A stretch of 64,000 bases of DNA, taken from contig NC_068995.1 of the NCBI RefSeq assembly GCF_001194135.2, forward strand, positions 37,253,357 to 37,317,356, given 5' to 3'. The notes beneath the pieces are model-generated. The model was not told the DNA's origin. It saw only the letters and a list, made by a program, of their open reading frames with translations, and did no database searches. How positions within the stretch are numbered: position 1 is the first letter of the stretch; every line of letters starts with the position of its first letter. Source of the DNA: Octopus bimaculoides. Taxonomy: Eukaryota. Position numbers and translations under genes: made by a program. Shown here one piece after another: positions 56,308 to 64,000 of this stretch.

Positions 56308-57309
56308 CAGTCTTCTTTCAGTTTCCTGAACCCGGAACCATGTGGTTGCAAAGCAGGCTTCTTACCACACAGCCACGCCATGTGTTATTGGTTTTCATCA
56401 CAAGGCTGTACTGTTTGGAAATGCATCTTACACCACAGTATTCAGTTGACATATAAGTTCTGTGTCGAATTTGATAGACGGGTACTCATTGACCATACTG
56501 TACCTCAAATATAACAGATTTCTGAACCGCTATGGTTCATTTATTATACTTTGCGATTGCTATACTGTCTCCATCTACTTTTGTTATTAGCTCTTGTTAG
56601 GTTTGGCAGTAAAATTGGTTACTTTGCTAATAATGGATATTTCAGATTATATTGTCTGGTGATTAGTCTTAATCCCGAATCTGTTTAGTGTTAAGCAGAT
56701 GAAATACATCATTACGTTCGGATTCGGATATAATGCCAGTACAAAGTGCATGATGGTATTGAGTTGAATTGTCTGCAGCAGCGTAAAGAGACATTCAACA
56801 ATTCAACAGTTGTCTTATTGTTTGCAGTTATCAACCTTGTGTATTTTATGTTAGTTCCTCTGGCTGTCTAGCAATAAGCATCTTGACCATATCATCATCA
56901 TCATCATCGTCGTCGTCATCGTCATCGTCGTCTTCCCCTTCCTCGTCGTTGTCCTTGTCCTCCTCCTCTTCCTATCGCTGGGTTGATCATTCACAGCTGA
57001 GTGGACTAGGGCAATGTGACATAAAGTGTTTTGCTGAAGGGCACAACGCATCACCCGATCCAGGAATCCAAGCTGTAATGTTGCGATCGTGAGTGCAAAA
57101 CCCCGAACCAGCGTTCCACGCGTCTTCACTTCTCAGTGAAGATCTGTTGACCTTTTCCCTGTAGATATGATGCCAATTGCACCTGTATTGAATTTTGTGG
57201 GTGAAGAGCGAAACTACAGGTCTTAGTCCATAAAGTCAGATTGTTTTCATTCATAGCCACCCCAAACTTTGTGATTCTGCGTTTACATTAGATATGGGAT
57301 TTAACTTAC

Positions 57310-57446
57310 CGTTCGTGTTTTTAATTCTCCATTGACGACAAGACTTTGAGTTGAACTATCATATCGCAAATACTCGGTGTCACCCTCGTTCATAAACACT
57401 TTATGTTTACCATCTTTTGGTACATTGAACTGTCGAATTACGGAAC
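57310..57446 (-). CDS. Cadherin exon 1 of 9 seen (137 nt, phase 1/0); not the first exon of the gene
   Basis: Acceptor ttttctctctccag, donor gtaagt. Encodes (G)SVIRQFNVPKDGKHKVFMNEGDTEYLRYDSSTQSLVVNGELKTRT, a divergent EC1-like segment in phase with downstream exons. Confidence 0.8.
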
Positions 57447-57559
57447 CTGGAGAGAGAAAACAAAGTTAAAAAATATACATACTTTAACTCACTAATGTTC
57501 AGTTTTAAAAAAAAAATTAACTCATTAAAAATAATGAAAATATCTAGACTAAGCTTTCA

Positions 57560-57960
57560 ATGAGGCAAATTTTTGCTACAGTTTGAAAACGCAGCTGAAG
57601 TGCTAAGACAGTTTAAGAGGCATTTTCAGACAGATCCGCCAACGCAACTTACAATCACGCTAACTAGCGGTGAGTTTGAAACAGATGAATCTGTTCAGAA
57701 TATCCATAAGAAGCGGTTCCGGAAGACCGCAGACGTTAATAAACCCAACAAAACAAGAAAGGGTACTAGATACGTAATGCGAAACTTGATACGTAATGCG
57801 AAACGTGCATAAATAGTCTATGCACCCAATGAAGACAGATATTAATAACACACAGCGCTTTAGAGTTTAACACTAATAGATTTCTTCAAACATTTGAAGA
57901 TGAACATTTGCTTATTTGTAAATGCGTTTATAAGAAATTAAAACCTTCACAAAAAAATCA
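57560..57960 (+). mobile_element. Tc1/mariner-family transposase N-terminal relic (DUF4817-like HTH)
   Basis: AAEVLRQFKRHFQTDPPTQLTI....EFETDESVQNIHK resembles the R.F...F...PP...TI....KFE..GSV pattern. Confidence 0.6.
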
Positions 57961-58902
57961 AGAAGTACATAAAAGTTTATGTCTAACCAGATTTCTGTCC
58001 AATTTAATTAAAAACAGAGACTGTTATCTACTTAAAGTAGCTGCAATACAGACATAACACAACATTCTCGTCAAGATATTACAGAAAATTCCGGTATTCA
58101 AGATATAACTGAAGCATTATCGACCCCGAAAGAATGTATGGCCAGCAAGATCTTGGCGGAATTTGAACTCAGAACAACGAAAAAAAAAGCGGCTGAACAG
58201 TTTGGCCGACGTGCTAACGATTTGGCCAGCCGGCCAGCTTCATTTTATTGTTCATATTAAAAGCATAAAGTTATTAATCATCAATGCCCCCCCCCACACA
58301 CCACACATACTGGTGTTGGAAAATTAACAAACAGGTTCTACACAAAATAATCACTAAAGTTAAGGAAAAGAAAGTCATTCTTTAATTACTAATTTTCCGT
58401 TTATATTATTTATACCAGGAACGATTATTTGACCATCATATTTTACATCCGTTCCCGGTGAAATGAAATTCATGTCATTCATTTTAAAACAAAATTAATC
58501 TAATAACTATAATTAATGATTATGTCATAAATAATACCTAGCTGACAGTTTCGTGAATTATTAATACAGGTGTAGAGAAAAACGAAATGTTTAAAATATC
58601 CGTAACAAAATCAATCGTATTCTTTTCTTCCGAACACCCCCACACACTCACACACATACATACACACACACGCATATATTCTTATAAGTACATCATGTAT
58701 AGGCACCCACATATATGATCTCGTATGTTTATGAGTATGAAAGGGTGCATCTGCATATATGTGTGTGTATAGATTATTGTACACCCACTTAAATCACTCA
58801 TTGGGAGGAAGGAAGTGGATAACTTTCTGCAGATTTCTTTTGTGAAATTTAACTCTCAGCTATGACATATACCTAAGGAGATCGATATAATACATACACA
58901 CA

Positions 58903-58962
<60 letters not shown>

Positions 58963-60314
58963 CATAAACATGTATGTCTATATACATATGTGTGTGTGTG
59001 TTGACATACATATTTATGTATAATCAACTGCATAATCAAATATGTTTTTTAACTCCACGAAATAAGACAGATTTAAAAGAAAAACGAAAGAAAATGTTTC
59101 CGAATTTGATATTTTTTATGATGTATTATATTGAGAGTTTCTTTATATACGAAAATGCATTTTTTCCCCTATATTTCTCAGTAAATAAACAAAGTAGAAT
59201 AAATATGCACTTTTTAAAAGACATTAATATATTTCATGACAGCTTAGAAAAGAAATGTAATATTGAGATGTTGTACAAGCGATTGATTTATTCTGTGTTG
59301 ATATATAAGATAGTAGAGTAGGAATATTGAATATTTGTTAAAAATACTTCGAGTTGAAAAAATTGATAACACTATGTATTATACAGAATAAATGTGATAT
59401 ATCTTTAGACACACACATATATATACCTACAGAAATATGTGTATATATGTGTGTGTGTGTTCGGGGAGAATGATTTGTGACGACGGGCCTGCTGTTTCGC
59501 TTTAATTGATGAGAATGGAATATCTAGCCGGTATTAATCAATATTTTCTTAATTTATACTTGCCATTATTATACTCTTATTTTTTCACTGCTAAATGATC
59601 TATCCGTTTTGTGTTGTCTCTGCATATATGTTCTGTGACAGAGTTCGTTTCATATTTATTTTGAGGATAAATGGATCGGTGCAGATTGCTCTGTTTTTTG
59701 TATATGGGTTAATTTTCTGTTTGAGAGAGAAATGGACCTGATATCTTTTAAAATCTTAAGACAGACTTTGGTCACGTTCCCAAATCTATTTAGAAGATTT
59801 GAATGTTTGGCAGTACATTTTCTTGCTTCGATTATTTGAGGAAGAGATTGTTAGGTTTCCCAATACCTTCCATTGATTTTTACTCTTGTACGCCAAAATT
59901 TCATTTGTATCATTACAAAAGCAATGACAGCAACGTTCACACCGAAACAAATACAGTGTGAACAAGAAAAATATCAAAGCATATTTTTGCGTGATATGAA
60001 TTTCCACACTGCAATTACACCAATTACAAACCGAACCAACGAGTGAATTTTTTTTCCGTACCACGTATCTGGGTCTCCTAATAGTACCAGGTGCTAGGTT
60101 CAAAGATATATCTCTTTTACTTGTTTTAGTCATTTCACTGCGGCCATGATGGAGCACGGCCGTTAGTCGAGAATATCGACCCCAGGACTTATTCTTTGTA
60201 AGCCTAGTACTTATTCTATCAGGCTCTTTCTTGCTGAACTGCTAAGTTACGGGGACTTAAGCACACCAGCATCGGTTGTCAAGCGATGGTGGGGGGACAA
60301 ACACAGACACACAA

Positions 60315-60371
<57 letters not shown>

Positions 60372-60965
60372 TACGGTGGGCTTCTTTCAGTTTCCGTCTA
60401 CCAAATCCACTCACAAGGCTTTGGTCGGCCCGAGGCTATAGTAGGAGTCACTTGCCCAAGGTGCCACGCAGTGGGACTGAACCCGGAACCATGTGGTTGG
60501 TAAGCAAGCTACTTACCACACAGGCACTCCTGCGCCTTATATATATATTAATTCTGTGAAAAATAAATATATAGTTTATTTTATAAATTCATGGTTATGC
60601 GATTCCCTAAAGTTTAGGCATTTTACATTCATATCAACACAGAAACGAGTAGGAAATTCTTTCTTGCTTATCTGCAAGAAATAACAACTGCCAAGTACCT
60701 CTCAGAATATAGATTCTACTTGCTGCCTTAAAGAACGGAAATGACACATTATATATAAAAAATGTCAAATATACAATGAAAACAAAAAGGTCACATGTGG
60801 TTATGAATCTACTTGTTTATTTGCAGAACTGGAATAAAACAACGGTAACAACGAAAACTGACAGGTACCACGGATTAATCTCCTTGCAAAAATGAGTGAC
60901 TAGTAAAGAGAATATTGATATTCCCTTTGCCATTTGGCTGTCAAAAGTTGTGCGAAAGACGTCGC

Positions 60966-61004
<39 letters not shown>

Positions 61005-61462
61005 TATANNNNNNNNNNACATTCATTCATACATACATACATACATACATACATACATACATACATACATTCATATATATATGTGTGTATGGTCTGGCTA
61101 AGTCGAAATGGTTTTTTTGTATTCTTCCTTTCTACTTCGAGAGTTTAAATGTAGTTACAAAAATATGTCCTTCTTCTAAAATGAAATTTCATTAAATTTC
61201 TATATCTTTGTGCAGCTGAGGATTGCTCTGCATTTTACATTTGATGTAATGTCCACATTGCCTTAATTAAGTGGAGTCGCGTGGAACGATCGTACTGCAT
61301 TAACTTTGGATATCCTTGTTGCTTATTGTATCTTTGTATCTTTGTGTCTCTGTTTCTTCATCCACCACCATCAATATCTTGTATTCTTGTATTCTCTATT
61401 ATCTTTATCATTTACTTATTTAAGACATTAGACTGCGGCCATCCTGCGGCACTGCCTTGAAG

Positions 61463-61515
<53 letters not shown>

Positions 61516-61612
61516 GAGGAATGAATGTAAATCTATATATATAAAACTTAGATATATTTCGAACAAAAATTGGTCCAGGACATGTCTAACTTAATAGCAC
61601 CACCTAATAGGA

Positions 61613-62050
61613 TTATCTAAATCTTTTTAAAGTCAAGTTTTGTGATATTATGGTCCATTCAAGTAGTGAGTTCTTGTTGAGTAAGTTGTATCTAGGTATG
61701 GGTGGCTTATCTGGTATTCCTTGAAGAAATTTGTCCAGACTCCGTTTAAAGGAGATGAGATCCTTTTCCTCTTTGATCAGTTTTGGGACAATGTTAAACA
61801 GAGCAGGGCCTGTTGAGGAAAAGAAGTTGTGCCGCAGTGTACCTATATGCTGTGATTCTGAATTGGGCAGGACACGTATGGCTCGTAGTCCCAGCCTTGG
61901 ATGAACCTTGAAGCTAATGTTCAGGCCATTTGGGCAATGCTGACGGTATAGTCTCCACACCGTGGAAATGATATACCGCTCGCGGCGGCATTGGAGAGTA
62001 GAGTTTCAAGACTTTAAGGCGGTCCCAGTAATCGAGATCAGTCATGCCCT
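61613..62050 (-). mobile_element. CR1-type LINE 3' fragment
   Basis: GMTDLDYWDRLKVLKLYSLQCRRERYIISTVWRL...GPALFNIVPK.I.....SFKRSLDKFLQGIPDKP, a typical CR1 C-terminus. Confidence 0.88.
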
Positions 62051-63210
62051 TAATTCGCTTAGTGAGTGCCCTCTGGGGTGTGGTTACGAAGCAAGCTTAT
62101 CCACACAGTCACACCTTTTGAACTTATTTTCGTTGTCATTCTTGTGGAAGAGAATTGTAATGCATTTTTGAAAGCAGAAGTATTATTTTAACTATTGTTA
62201 TAACTCTTTTCATAATTTCTTCTTCAAATTCGTATGATTAATTATATTTTAATTTCTAAAGATTGCAATTCACATTAATTTCCTTGAATTTGTTAGTTAT
62301 GCAAATCACTTTTTCCTTTCTGTTTTTGTTCTGATTTATATTTGTTTTAATTTATTTTTCTCTTTGTTTTCCATCTCGGCCAAACAAGTTAAGCTTTTTC
62401 AAATCTAGTTTTATGTTATCTGTTTTAATAGGAGAAATATAACTGATGAAAATAGGAAGCAACGAGTTACACAAACGTTAAACGATGAATTGCTGATTTA
62501 TTTTTAATACTTTCCGGCAGATACGAGGGCAAACACGCTTGTCGTGTTGTGTTCGACACAGAAACAAATTTTTTTTACGACGACTATGTGATCATAAAAC
62601 TCGTTTCATTAATACAAGGCATTCCGTTATACTGGTGCTTCGACATGTTCTGTTACGTCAGCCAGACGTACCCGAACCTTAGAATCTAAACAAGAGCCGA
62701 TGTGTAGCTTATAATCACAGCGAACAAAGTGTTTGACGATCTGTGCTGATATAACAGCCATTAACATATCTGCGTTCGAATCTACCGGAACCTATTAAGT
62801 ATAATTATGAATGTCATCGTTCCAAATTCGCTTCTCTACTTGTAAGTAACGATTCAGAATAGTTAAAAGTGGCTCGGAAGTCTGACAAAGACGAGGAGAT
62901 ACATTTTAAACGAGATAAAGAGTGCTATTTTTTCTCTTTGCAAATATAAGAAATAGAGATTATTAAAGTTTATACAATTAGAAAGAGTGCCATAAAAATT
63001 TGATCATCTGGTTGTCAAAAGTGGAAAATAAGAGAAAACATTTAGAAGTTTGGGGATTATTATTGACTCGGCTACATCAGATTAACTCAAAGTACAATCT
63101 TTTGTGGAGATCCGAGATAACAAGATCTGTAATTTGTCAGAATCAATGATATTTGTGTAGCCCAGATCTAAGAACGAAAACAAATATATACCACAAAGTA
63201 GAAATACGGG

Positions 63211-63375
63211 AAAAGAATAATTGTTACGAAGAAAAATAAAATAGTTTAGTACACAAACGATAAAAGAAACAGAAATCATGTCAGATCGAATGAAAAAATA
63301 ATTGTTACGAAGGAAAATGAAATGGTTTAGTATACAACTGATAAAAGAAACAGAAATCACGTCAGATCAAAGAAA
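63211..63375. repeat. 81-bp tandem duplication
   Basis: AATAATTGTTACGAAG.AAAAT.AAAT.GTTTAGTA.ACAA..GATAAAAGAAACAGAAATCA.GTCAGATC occurs at 63216 and 63297. Confidence 0.9.
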
Positions 63376-64000
63376 AATATCAATAGATAATGATTGTGAT
63401 AACAAAACAATGTAGATGAAAAGTTTAAACGAAAATGCAGTAAGTTAACATGTGAAAACTGATTGAACTCTCAAACATAGAAGACATAGAATATAATAAA
63501 ATACTGAAACGGCGGCTTGTCTGATATAATCTTCGCAATTTGTTAACGTAAAATTATGTTCATCTTAATTACGCTGATCAGAGATTTAAACTTATCCAGT
63601 CATAATAATGATTAAATAGAAATATCAGCTGATTTACGTATTGCAACTATTCTACACTTAATCAACATTTATTATATACGGGTCTTTCTGACTCTACAAA
63701 ATGTAATATAGTCATGTGTCAATAGATATTCAAAAGTTATATATCATTATTTTCGGTGGGGGGGGGGGAACAGAAACGATGTTGCTGTTGAAAAGATTCT
63801 GAATACAATCCATGTACGTTTTTGTTTCGTTTCAATTTCTCAAGATTGCAATTCACATGGAACTTTAGGTGTTTTCGCTCAATAGACTCTCACAACACTC
63901 GGTCTGGGAATCGAAACCGCGATCCTCCGACCGTGAGACCGCTGCCCTAATCACTGGGTTATTGTACCTCCACGTACACAGATATATATATATATATATA

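Noticed and set aside
59855-59960. Hydrophobic TM-like stretch FGVNVAVIAFVMIQMKFWRTR before a GT donor
   Set aside because: No in-frame acceptor between it and the upstream stop, and it lies upstream of the ectodomain exons. Treated as chance.
62672-62791. 120-nt AG/GT-bounded open segment (VPVDSNADMLMAVISAQ...)
   Set aside because: It is phase 0/0, so it cannot join exon 1 (phase 1) directly, and it lacks a clear signal peptide or cadherin motif. Not excluded as a UTR or start exon.

Overview
This is AT-rich eukaryotic DNA from a gappy draft assembly. It is dense in microsatellites and SINEs of the kind typical of octopus/coleoid cephalopods (organism assignment is my inference). The main signal is invisible in the ORF track: nine short GT-AG exons on the minus strand (57446 down to 408) splice in perfect phase into an uninterrupted 353-codon frame. 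That frame encodes about three and a half extracellular cadherin repeats, resembling PCDH15/Cad99C-type cadherins. The 5' end (signal peptide) and 3' end were not found and probably lie outside the window. The 1.8-18.6 kb introns hold decayed mobile elements: a Chapaev3-type CMC transposon, several Tc1/mariner lineages (DD34E, DD37D, mariner), R4/Dong-type LINEs beside (TAA)n tracts, and CR1, RTE and L2-like relics. They also hold Penelope-type remnants with minimal hammerhead ribozyme motifs, three SINE families and several long inverted repeats. No prokaryotic features, CRISPR arrays, rRNA or true tRNA genes are supported. All calls come from reading the sequence by eye and from recalled family motifs; no database search was run.
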